A DNA stretch of 61,818 nucleotides, filler included, from Sphacelaria rigidula (taxonomy: Eukaryota), in assembly GCA_964200075.2 (NCBI GenBank). It is 8 parts of 8 records of this genome, joined end to end, with 100 filler letters (N's around TTAATTAATTAA, not from the genome) between each part and the next. Parts side by side here need not be neighbours in the genome. Positions count along the whole stretch, not along the records: positions 23,221 to 30,860 come from CAXNAA020013978.1; positions 30,961 to 38,600 come from CAXNAA020013979.1; 6 more parts are not named here. The stretch is one strand, 5' to 3'. The notes below the pieces were generated by a model. That model saw only the letters and a list, made by a program, of their open reading frames with translations. It was not told the DNA's origin and did no database searches. A program made the translations under genes and the position numbers. Below are positions 23,843 to 35,220 of the stretch, piece by piece (the first letter of the stretch is position 1; each line of letters opens with the position of its first letter).

Positions 23843-26800
23843 GCGAGAGTCTACGGAGAGGTGTTCCAGAAGGTGGATCTGTCACCAGTAGATTTCATTC
23901 GCCTTGTAGATCTCGGAGAGCGCCGCGAAGTCTCGGAGGGGGAGTTTCTGTCGAAGGCCGGCAGGATGCAGGAAGATGTTTTCCTCATCGTCGAGGGTAC
24001 TGCCGAGGTCAGGCACTTTTTTTTTCTGGATTCGGCGGAGGACGATAAAGCGATGTTACAGACCCGCGGCCAGAAGATGAAACCTTCTATTGACCCTCAA
24101 GCACCGAGTTCAAGCTGTACGCGTTCGAGAAATATTCGATGTTTCCCCCCATGATGTTCACTGCGTGCCCATGTGGCCTATTGATGTCCATGCACTGGCC
24201 GGTCGCCCCGGTGGCTCAGTTCGTAACCTCGAAACCCTCTGACGGTTGGGTCGTGGGTTCAGTTCTCCGAGCGATTTGAGATTTGTTTCTCATACCGTGA
24301 CCAACAGTGGCGAGCGACTATTTCGTGGGTACACGAAATTCGACTCAATGGTCGACGAGGGAAAGGGACTGCTGAACCCCTCTCGCGATACAAAATAAAG
24401 GCAGGCATCGTAAAAGGAAGGTGGGGTACTCAAAAACAAGGAAAAAAAAAAGCTCGTGTGTTGACCTTCCTCCTGTGTGACCCCGGCTGGTGCACCCACA
24501 TGTACCGAAAGGTGTAGGCCGGCGTCCAAGATAGATGGGACGACAACACACTGGCAAGGCTTGGTAATCTCTGTCTCGGAACATGTATGACTGCAGTGCA
24601 CGTGTTACAGGCGTTTCGGGAAATTTGGTCGTAACCATGAAGCTGTTTATATGATGAACAGCGTTGGCAATTATTTTGTACTTGAAAGCACCTCACGGAA
24701 GTTCCTCCAGCGCCATCTGCTGACGTGTGGGAATTCCAAACCTTGTCTCAGAATATGCACGCTGTGAAGGAACATGAGGGAGTGAGCAAATGACACATTT
24801 CATATCGACTCGACACGGCGTTAATCTCTTGCTGTGCTGCTTCACGCGAACGGAAAATTATCGACATGCCAGGTGGACTCCGAAGGCGTGTCATTGGGTG
24901 AGCTTACCCCCGAACAATTCATCGGTTCTATGGCCTTCCAGCAGTTCATCAGCCACACCAACCAAACGGCCAACAATGACTCGTCGACGCCCGCCACCTC
25001 TTCGTCACGATCCACCACAAAACCATCGCCGTCGCCACTGCTGCAGCGAGAACGCACCAGACGCCTGTCACGCAGCAAGGGCCACGTGTCCCTAACAACA
25101 GATTTACCAGCTCAGTCTGAAGCCAACAGCCCTGCGGAGTCCCGTGCCAGCAACAACGGTTCAAATACCCTCTCAGCACAATCCGCCACACAACATGGCA
25201 CGGAACAGGCACATCAGTTGGATGATGACGACGAGGATGACTTGTTGTTCGATGACGATTATGTCCCCGGTGGCGGGGGTGTCTTCGAGGAGGCCAAGAG
25301 GGCCGGCGAAGCCGCTCTCGGATTACTGCGGCAGGATTCGGTGGTTGGGGTGGTGGCGAAATCATTAGCTGCCGCTCGCACGGGGAGCGGGGGGCTCGGT
25401 GGTTCTTCTCAGCTTGAGCCTTCCAGCACTACTGTGACGGCTGCGACTGATGTGAGAAGTGTTTCCCCCGTTTTGTACTTGGAGCATGATTGTGTCAAAC
25501 TCTTCGCAAACGACACCGTTGTTTTGGTCTGTGGCTACCGTTGCGATGTGTGCACAACCGACTGTACACGAAAACCAATGTCCCACTTTACAGGATGAGA
25601 TGCGGGTACCAGAGTAGTGAAAGTCCCACTTTTTGTTTTCCCTCGTGTCTCACGTCGTTCTGACTTTCTTGTCGCACCCGCTGTGGTGCTTGAAATCCAC
25701 CCTGCTCGCCCAGATGGTGGTGTACGCGTGGAACATGCACCTACTCAAGGCCTTCATCAAGCGCCACCCCGAGGCGGGAGTGGCACTGCAAACCGCCATG
25801 TCCGCGGACCTCAGCCGCAAGATCGAAGCTTCCAGGGGACACGAAGACCGATATCGCATCTGGCTGCAGGAGGCGTTGGCCGGCGGCAAGGTGACGCCCA
25901 TCGAGAAGCAAAAGCTGGAGAGGTACCGGACGGCGCACGGCATACCGTTGACCGAGCACAAGGCGTTCCTGAAGCAGTTCGACTGGAAAGAGGAGGAATT
26001 TGAGGCTGGTTTTCAGAAGGGTGTGGCGCCCAGGGACGGATCGAAGGACTTTCTCAAGTATGAGGCGATGGTGCGGCGAGAGCTGGCCAAGGGGGAGGTG
26101 AGACGGGTTTGACGTGACTTCAGTGAGCCACACGTGTGGGTGCTGACTCGTGCGAACAGCCTCGCGATGGAACCTAGCGTCGTGCGGTCGAAGATATCGA
26201 CCGAAGCAAATACGGAGAACGGTTGGGTGTAGGGTACTGCAGCAGTCGAAGACGCCATGTTCCCGTGCGGAGATCGTTACCTTAGAGGGCAGTTTATGAC
26301 CGACAATATCGTGTGCTTGTTGTTTTCACTGGCAATGACGAAAACAAAAATGTGCAATATATTATCGAGCACTCAGACTGCCGGCACCGCTTCTGTTCAC
26401 CACACGTGAACGGGAAACTGGGTACGCTTCTAGAAAAAAAAACATATAACTAACTAATCGATTATTTTTTTGCCTCAGATTGAGGAGGAGGCGCGACAGT
26501 ACCTCAGGCAATTCCGCGCGCGGGCTGGCATCGATGCTCAAGAACACCTTCTTGTGCTGGAAAAGCAGGTGTGCTTCGTTATCTTGCCGTCTTGACTCAT
26601 GTTTGTCTTGGTCTTCCTCGTCGCGTCCATCTGGCGGGTAACGTGACTGGTCGGTCTCTACCCCACATTCTTCACCCGAGTGAAAAGTCCGTCGGTCTGT
26701 TTTGTGCCGTAGAATCGATGGAACATAGCGTGCACGCTGTCTCGAAACATTTTTGCTGAAACATTTTTGTACATGACGGTAGACTCGGTTGTTCGAGAAC

Positions 26801-27900
26801 AGAAAACAAACCACACTTACGTCCTCACCGTGTCTCAGTCCGCCTTCTTTTACTTTTGTTGGGGCAGTTTTGTGTTGCCGAATATGGCACGTCAATCTCT
26901 CTTGCTTCTCGCATCGTACCCTAGTGCCTACTCCTCATGTACCAGACACGCCAGTTACTTATTTTATCAACATGACATCTAGGGATGATGAAGGGAAGCA
27001 CAGGTAATACACAGGAAGAACCAGGGTTCAGATCGGTAAACTCCATACGTTCTGTTTAATTGTGAAGATTATTTATTGAGTCTTTTACTACTCGAACCCC
27101 TGGTTGGGCGTGAGACAGGAGGACTGTTCGGGTGAAGTTCAGACTACTGTGTTAGTTTTTCATGGAGAGACAAGTGTGTACATGAAGCAATGATCGTTGC
27201 TGTCGTGCTGACGCTTTGCGTAGTAGTCGTTGGTGCACAAAGCCATGACCATTGTCGCAGTACAGCGAAGCACTCAGCAGTGATTGCGCCAGCAGTAGAT
27301 GTGGTGATGGATGTGCGAATATGACAGCACACACGGCGGATTGATGTGCGGACAAGAAAGGTACATTCTCTCCCCTACCTCAACCCTGAAGCGATATGCT
27401 AGTGCACCCCTAGTGGCTAGGACTTCCCAGTTTTGTATCACTCCTGGTCATCGCCCATGTCTGTTCAGCCTCCCATCCACGCCTACGAAAGTCTTCCTCC
27501 ACACCTCGCGAGACTGTCAGCAAAGAAGAAGCGCATAGTCATTCGTGCGGGCAAAGAGAGCATGTACTACGTGAAACTATTGCTAATTCCCCGCCCCGTG
27601 GTTTTACTCTCTTCATCCCTACGACACCAGGGATGGACGGCCGACGACTACGAAGTGGGATGTAAGGGCAAAGCTGCCGAGCTTAATGGCAATGTCCAGT
27701 TGGTGCAAAAGCACCGCGATCTCAAGAGAGAGGGAGAGGAACAAGAGCGAGATAGTAGGCCGTCGCTGCCGCCAGTGCAAACCGCTTCCAAGCAGCTGCG
27801 GCCGACGCCTCTGGAGCAGCAGCAGCACATGCGCCGACAGATGCAGAAGCAGGTCACTTCCCGGATCACAATGCCTCGGAGCGTATCTTCGAACTATTAG
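23843..27900 (+). CDS. Popeye-type cyclic-nucleotide-binding domain protein, 3' part (5 exons, N-terminus outside the contig)
   Basis: All phase-0 GT-AG exons 23843-24007, 24873-25451, 25714-26097, 26479-26568, 27631-27900 (TAG). VYGEVFQKVDLSPVDFIRLV...VFLIVEGTAE|V...PEQFIGSMAF...TVTAATD|MVVYAW...SADLSRKI matches the Popeye/CNB pattern. Confidence 0.8.
24200..24550 (+). mobile_element. SINE family A, full length, in a Popeye-gene intron
   Basis: Head, body and tail; TSD CACTGGC at 24193-24199 and 24549-24555. Confidence 0.88.
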
Positions 27901-30900
27901 AATGGATTATGGGGCAGGGGCAGTTATTTGAGAGTGTATTGTGTTGTGTTTTTTGTATGTATCAGGCCTACAGGACACCAAAGGACTGCGGGTGGTGTGA
28001 CAAATCTCATCATGGTGGAGGGAGGGAAAGAAGCTGGAATTTTTGCAGAGATGATCAGGGAGGAGACGGAACAAAAGTGTTGTATTTGGTTGTGTCGTCG
28101 GGATGAGTCGGCTGGAGCCAAAGGAAGGATGTGGTGAACGGTAGATGAGTGAGTAGTGCGGCGGGATGCACAAGGATTATCGCCGCGAGTGTAGCGGACC
28201 TAGGCTAGAGCCTGCTGGCTGAGGAGAAACGGTTTGCAGCACCCCCTGGCGTTGGTATATATGCTGGGGATGGCACATGGCGCACGCGGTTAGGTGCCGG
28301 ACATGTGTTGTATTACTCTTGTCAATGTTCATCACATCGTCGTGCTTGTACCTCAACGGCTGAGCAAGCAGTCGTTACTCCTTTGTTCGCATTGGTGGCA
28401 ATGAGCACATACGGCAGCTTGTCATACGAGTGAAGCGTAGCGATCGAGAAGTCATGCCCGCAGGGCAAACTGGGGACCCTCTTCTCCCCTTTCGTGTCCA
28501 GGTTTGGGGCACTTTGGAGTGCTCGACAAGAGCGCAGTACGCTGCGGCTATTCTTGTCGGGCAACATATTTTTTTACAGGTGGCAGTTTAGCGAGTTGGG
28601 CATACCCCGTGCTCGGCGCATGCGCCCTGCATCCGGCCGTAGGTCCGAGGAAATATTTCGAATTCTGCTTCGAGTGCTACCAGTGTCAGACGATTCCTGA
28701 GGTTTCTCAGGGAGAGATGGGGGGGGAGGGGGGTGATAGTCTGTTTTTTCGCGGTGCTTTGCCGCACACGGTGTGGTACACAAGTGCATCTCGTAGTCGT
28801 ATATATTATTTTCGAGTACGGTGGGCCAGTCATGTTGGAAAATAGTCGAACACTCGGAATGCCTTCGGCATGCCGCCTCGCGCTCGAGTAGGGCTTCCGT
28901 TTATGTATGTGACTTTCCTTGGCTTGCCATTTCAGTGGTTGCTCTGATCAGACGAAACCAAACGCGCCCTAGGTGGTGCGTTTTGCCCCACTTAAGTACT
29001 GGTGTAGCACGTCAGCTATTGACTGGCATTGTGCCAATTTTTATCCCTCGGGAAATGTTGTATATCCTTGCACGGCAACATGTCCCATGACAATACTGGC
29101 AAAGCAAGATCGAGCTACAGCCTAGCGCTCTCAAATTCTCATGCTCTACTTCCCCTATCTGTGCATGTGGAATTGTCTACTTGTTTCAGCCATACGACAA
29201 AATCGAGGGGTAGGAGAAATGAGAAGGTTTGATGGAGAAAAGTCCAAAGGGAAAAACAATGGGCTCGCCGTCAGTTTTGCTTTTCGATTTTTTAGCGCCG
29301 GCATTCCTGCAATTTACAGTGTGTTATTTCCCTGGATTCGATGGAAGAGGGTGGGTGGGGAAGTGCCGGTTGATTGAGGAGTGAGTCGTGAGGTAGATCA
29401 TATGTGGATTTGGGTCTTGTTTGTTGGAGAGTGAATGCGATAGGGGGAGGTGATTCGAGCAAATTGTTGGACGAAAGAGCCACTTTAAAATGTCGCTACA
29501 AGCACAAATATCCAAACGATTGCTTTTATAATCAGTATCAATTTCTCTTCAATCCAGTTGACACCGTTTCCACCCATACTGAAGTTTAGTGCCAAAGTTT
29601 GAGGTCGTGGCAGAAAGCACTCGTTACCCCTTTTCTTCGTGCAACCCCCCCTCCTCCCTATCGTGGGACGAGATTGGAGCAAAAACGGGCCGTTTCGCTC
29701 GTTACAGTGAAGTGGTGGTGTCGAGTGCTAGCGTATTATGACAGAAGCCTGTGTAGCCATTTTTTGTGTGGTGTGCGTGTGTGCAGTACGGTGGGAGGGG
29801 TCTGGTCTACAGTAGCATGGAAACATTCAGTGTGGTACCACCGCAATTTCAGTCAGTTGGGTAGAGAAACGCTAGCGTAGCGTACTTGGAATGGAATGGA
29901 TAGGGATATACAACGTCGAACGCATATAGATTTTTAGTGTATCCTTGTGCTATATTAGAGAACGCTTGAGGTGACTTGCAGCAAGCAGCGGGCAATCAAT
30001 CCCCACCGCCCCCCCAGTGGAGGGGCTGCTCATCTTCACTGCTGTTCTTCGTTAGCTACAGTAGTTGTTTTTTCGTGTTTATACCATAACGTTGTAGAAT
30101 ATTTTGCTGTGCTTCTTGCGGCCTGCGACCTCCGGCGAGTGTTTGGTGCTGTAGACCATGTGCATGTACAGTACCGTCTATGTTTATGTCATCGGCGGGG
30201 GTGGTGTTGTGCTGTTTTTAAGACCAGGAATAAAATTTCTGACGAAGTTTATTCTTCTGGTTCGTTTTGCGTCCTGTTTGTATAAGTGGATGAACACTGT
30301 ACAATGTGACGGACGGTGAGACACGAAATGCGCGGATTTTCTGTTCCATTTCGTTGGGCGTTTTGTTTGTTGGGTTGGTGGTGCGGGAAGGTACTATCGT
30401 GGTTGATATTATTGTGGGATATTTTGCGCTTCACTTACTTTTTTGTACGCCCCGTGAAGAAGTTAATGGTGAGTGACGTCTCTGTCAGAAGCTAAAGAAA
30501 ATCGGAAGTGGGGGCTTCGAGTTTCTTGGCTCTTGTAGAACGGAAGCTCAAGCGCGATCAACAGCAAGTACATTTTTGTTTCAACTAATCGGTAATGGAG
30601 ACGATTGCCGGGAGCGTACTACAGTACAGTGCAACCTGAGGGACAGAAAAGCAGACCAAACTGCACTCTATGATGAGTGTAAGGAAAGGGGAAACAATAA
30701 GAGACGTTGACACTTTGACCACGGGGGGTTGATCTGGCTACCAAATACATTCTTCCACGGTCCGGACGAATCATCGCCAGTTGAAATCACCAAATAACAG
30801 CCGATTTTATATTTTGGGGTTCATACAAAATATGGGGCTGAAGTGGCATTTCGCTCTTGCNNNNNNNNNNNNNNNNNNNNNNNNNNNNNNNNNNNNNNNN

Positions 30901-31545
30901 NNNNTTAATTAATTAANNNNNNNNNNNNNNNNNNNNNNNNNNNNNNNNNNNNNNNNNNNNAAACCGGTGGAAGCCAAATTGAGTTTCCCAAAACAGGTAT
31001 ACCGTGTGTGTTTTCGCCAGAATGCGCACGCGGCGGGATGTGGCCAAATCAGGCGGCTGCATTAGTAGCTTTTCAGAGGGTGTGTGTGAACTATACCAGA
31101 TGTTGGCGAAAATGCCGTCGGTATACCGGTTTTTGGCGATTGCCCATGTACGACGATGAGCTGTTACGACGAGCATTTCGATAGAAAAGACTGCTATGAT
31201 ACGGAATAGAACTCGTTCGCTGTAATTTGCCCTTGTTTTCCAACGTCCGTTTCATCATTTTCTGGCATGATGTTTTTGTTTTTACAGGGCGTGCTTCAGG
31301 CTGATGTTGATTTCGTCGTTCGGATTGTGTGAATTGCACGACCTTACTTTTGCTCGAGTCGTACTCTTGTACGCATTGCTGCACAAGTGTTCTTGGTGCG
31401 ATTGTCCACCGTGTGCGTGTCGATCAATCGGGAGGCACGAAGCGGTGCAAACATCGCTGTATTGGCGGGTTATCGATCTTGCTTCACGGGGCAAATTTCT
31501 CTGATGATGCTCGTTTTGCTGCCCCGAATTGCTATCTTCATGTAG

Positions 31546-32292
31546 GAACGTATGCACATGACGTTGCCCAAGATTGTTGAGCTGGTGACGAAGAAGGAAA
31601 TTCCGGCGAATCGGAAATATTTGATCTTCGAGGTGAGTGAGCCAAATGTCCGTCTAATGCTAGGTCGACCACGATTCATGGTTTTCATATCTCTCGTTGA
31701 GCACCCCTGCGATATTTCGCATGATCATGTATGAAGAGGTTGTGATGGCGATCCGTTCATACTGTAGGCACAGTAGTTCTGTTGTGTCAAAGAGAGTAAC
31801 GTTAGATGTCATGTCGGACGTTTTTGCACTCGCACGTGGCACAGGAGATGTCATCTCGTTGATGTTCAGAGGTGAGTTCGTTGCTGTTTTGGGGCGAGTT
31901 CGCACAGCCTTCCTTGCAAACAAAACATGAACCAGGGAGCTGGTTGGCGCCGAAGAAATGGGCACAATACAGGAACAGTTTGTTCTCTAACATGTTTTAC
32001 ATCTAAGCCACAAGACCGCTTTACATGATACTTCCCGTTCCGGCCAGTCTTCCGTGCGCATTTCCCCCTCTATTGTCATGATTTTTTTCCTCGCGTGCTT
32101 CTGGTTCAATCGCTGCGTTGGGAAACGCCGACGAGTCGCGGACTTCTGGCTTGGGTTCGTGACCAACTGGACCGGTGTCTCTGTTGTTGTTTGATTATCT
32201 TCACGTGATGAATCTGCCTACAGGTGTGCGTGAACGATTTGGAGACGAGTGATGAGAGGGAGGTGCCCTACATTCGCTTGAAGCTTCGGTGA
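31546..32292 (+). CDS. UBA1: Ubiquitin-activating enzyme E1, last two exons (C-terminal ubiquitin-fold domain)
   Basis: Exons 31546-31632 (ERMHMTLPKIVELVTKKEIPANRKYLIFE) and 32224-32292 (VCVNDLETSDEREVPYIRLKLR*) match the conserved E1 C-terminus (VSKKPIP...LIFE.C.D...D.EVPY). Confidence 0.9.
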
Positions 32293-33586
32293 AGCCGACG
32301 GCCTTCTCTTGTGATGGTGTGTGGTGTAACCTGCTAGCTGATGTCTTGACTTCAAACTTCGATGCCATGGAAGGCGCTACTGCACTGGACAAGGAGAAAT
32401 CACACTACAGGGTGCTGTATGACTTGTGCCATTCATCGTATTTTTTATATCAAATACGATCTATACACGACGGGTTGTTCCGGGGTCGGATCCCTGACTA
32501 CTGTTATTGCCTTCCCCTGGACGGACTGTCTTTTCGCGTTTGTTGAGTGAAACGGACGGCTGCAGGAGGGGTGGTATGCCGGGTGATTGGAGCTATGGGC
32601 TAGGTCTTGAGCGGTTCGTTGCGGAATGAATGTGTTTGAACACTTTTTGATGCGTCAAGGATGAAAAAACGATGGATAATCTTGGCCGCATTTGCAGTCT
32701 TCCTAGACGATGGTTGGTGTATTCGTAGCTTGTGTCCTTCGAAAAATATGCAGGGAAGTGGGCACGGGGATTCGTCACTTACGGTTCATCGGCCACGATA
32801 GTCTTTTCGCTAGCTGTTCAATGCTGTTGCCGCGCACGTGAGGCATGAGCATGCAAATGTCCCGTCCTGTTCGGGTCACATAAGTCGCATGTTTTGTCTT
32901 TTCACGGAAAAGTTATCTCGCCTGAGCTGAGGACGGACGAGGGGCGAGGTCTCTACCACGCAAGCAAACTATCGTGGAAATCTATGTGGTAAACACTGCT
33001 TGTGTATCTGTCAGCACGGTATGTGCCTTCAGCTGAACCTACTATATGAAGAGATTAGGGCGTGTGGGCATTATAAAACGGCACATGTCTACAATATCGG
33101 AGCGTAGGACTCGTGCGCAACTGTCTGAATGGCATATGACGACTCTAGCCAGCCTCATGTTCTCGCCTGGGTTGGACGACTCGACTTCTTTGCACTTGCG
33201 AAGACTTGCTCATGATACGTCGCTAGACTGGCGCAAGAGTCAGTAGCCAGCAGTGATGGTACGCTAGACCTCTTTATAAGCTTCACTGTGTGATGATATC
33301 AACCCTTGATCTCTCTTATTGCGTTGCTTTTTGCGGTGCGTGTACCGACGTCAACCAGTGCTGCGTCTTGATACCGAAAAAAAAGGAATTGCCCCCACAC
33401 TATTCTTCAGCACCTCGAGTACATCCGACCAAACACCTTTTTACGCTGTGGATATGACGAAATTAACGGGATGCACTTCTTCACCTGACCATCGCCGGCT
33501 TAGACACAATTCCATTGCTTTCTGCTGTCCGAAATCTCAAGATATCCAGAAAGCTAGAAAAAAAAATGGTTGTGTGCATTGAAATC

Positions 33587-34204
33587 ATGGTGGCTTATGC
33601 GAAACCCATCCTACCATGCCCCGTGATAGAAGTGCGAGGCAGCTACGCGCTGAGGAAGATGGGTCCATCCCGCAAGGCTACGGTGGAGTATCGAGGGGAG
33701 GAAACGGTGCGCACAAAATACCGAACAACCACTACCGAGCCGTTCATATGTTTTCCTCACTTTTTGGCGCCCTCTCATGTTCGCTGGAGAAATACAGAGA
33801 CTGCACGTGGTGTCCCCGACCAAACATCATGTCAGCTTTGATATGGCTCTACAATTGTGCATCTCTACTGTTTCCAAGACACATCGGACAATTGCGCCCA
33901 AGACAAACTGATGCGCAAAAAAGCGAATGAATTGTTGCCTGGCGTGATGGTGACGCAAAGGCTATGTACCTGCGGAAAGTACCCATTTTCCCAGATCACG
34001 TTTTATGCATCCAAACGGCAGGCCGACGGTACAATTGTCAAGCAGATGGCCGAGGTCGTCCACAATGCCGGTTCTAATAGTGAGCACACGAAATTTTTCG
34101 CCCAAATTATGCGCGGCATCAGCACCGAGCGTGCACGTCTCGGAAGGGATCATGACTCCACACAGCCGGCATTTGAGTATTTCTGCCGTTCCGGAGATAC
34201 ATGA
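33587..34204 (+). CDS. Putative small gene of unknown function inside a repeated unit (probably spliced)
   Basis: ATG 33587 (MVAYAKPILPCPVIEVRGSYAL...) and coding-like ORF 33857-34204; diverged homologous sequence at ~51300-51825 in another contig. Confidence 0.3.
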
Positions 34205-34285
34205 AACACCAGCACCTGAGGTTAGTCTCATCATTATAATCATTTTTATCATCAATCATCCATTATATCTATCATCGTCAACTAA

Positions 34286-34640
34286 ATTTTTCCAATTTTC
34301 AAATTGGCTGTCTCACGCAATTCCAGATTCGGCATGAGATTTCTGTGACTGAAAACACTCTCCTTTTTTCGGAATACTTTTCAAAAACTGAGGATGACTT
34401 TCAAAAAACCGAGGACAACTTTTCAAAAAACGAGCAGAACTTTTCGAAAAACTGCTCAAAGATGATCACATTGTCTGAAGTACAGGGTGGTACACTCAGC
34501 ACAAGACAACTCTGCAGTGGCATATGATGTGCAGAGCACTAAACTGAACATCAAACAACACGGCAGTTCTGCGGTGTTTCCTGGTTTTATAGTAGAGCCT
34601 CTGAAGATGGACCGTATACAGTATGCATTAGCTTCTCTTG
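34286..34640 (+). repeat. Dispersed repeat (family I), homologous to 51830-52120
   Basis: TTTTCCAATTTTCAA.TTGG...TTCCAGATTCGGCAT...GCAGAACTTTTCG...TGGTACACT...CAGTATGCAT.AGCTTCTC.TGTTGC shared between two contigs. Confidence 0.8.
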
Positions 34641-34709
34641 TTGCCAAATCACAGCATCCTGACTGATACTATTATATGTTACAGCTTGGTTACAGAGAGA
34701 TGAACACAA

Positions 34710-35220
34710 CAATACAGCATATTAAGAAATCTCAGCGGAGACCAAACCGTCTTCGCAAGATCTAAACACACCCCAGAACAGAGATAGATACGGCACATGA
34801 GAGCGGAAGTGAGTGTGTTTGTGCTGCAGTACAGTAAGAGAAGACACATCCCATGTTTTAGTTCTTCGGCTGATTTCATACACCGCTCGAAACCTGAAGA
34901 CAGACTGTATTCGAAGCACATGAGAGCGGAAGTGAGTGTGTTTGTGCTGCAGTAAAGTAAGAGAAGACACGTCCCATGTTTTAGTTCTTCGGCTGATTTC
35001 ATACACCGCTCGAAACCTGAAGACAGACTGTATTCGAATGTAAAAACTTGTGAGCCAGATCTGCACGCAGGTTGAGAATTGCGGCGGGTGTGGAAAATAC
35101 AGCACATCAAGCAATCTCAGCGGAGACCAAACGGTCTTCGCAAGCTCTAAGCACACCCCCGAGCAGCGATAGATACAGTACATGAGAGCGGAAGTGAGTA
35201 TGTTTGTGCTGCAGTACAGG
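34710..35220. repeat. Nested tandem duplications (two near-identical ~122-bp units within a larger direct repeat)
   Basis: CACATGAGAGCGGAAGTGAG occurs three times (34795, 34917 and ~35180 with one mismatch); AATCTCAGCGGAGACCAAAC at 34728 and 35113. Confidence 0.85.

Noticed and set aside
15239..23843. Gypsy inserted in the RecQ gene, or a RecQ-Popeye-UBA1-RPT5 gene cluster
   Set aside because: Separated by artificial linkers between unrelated contigs
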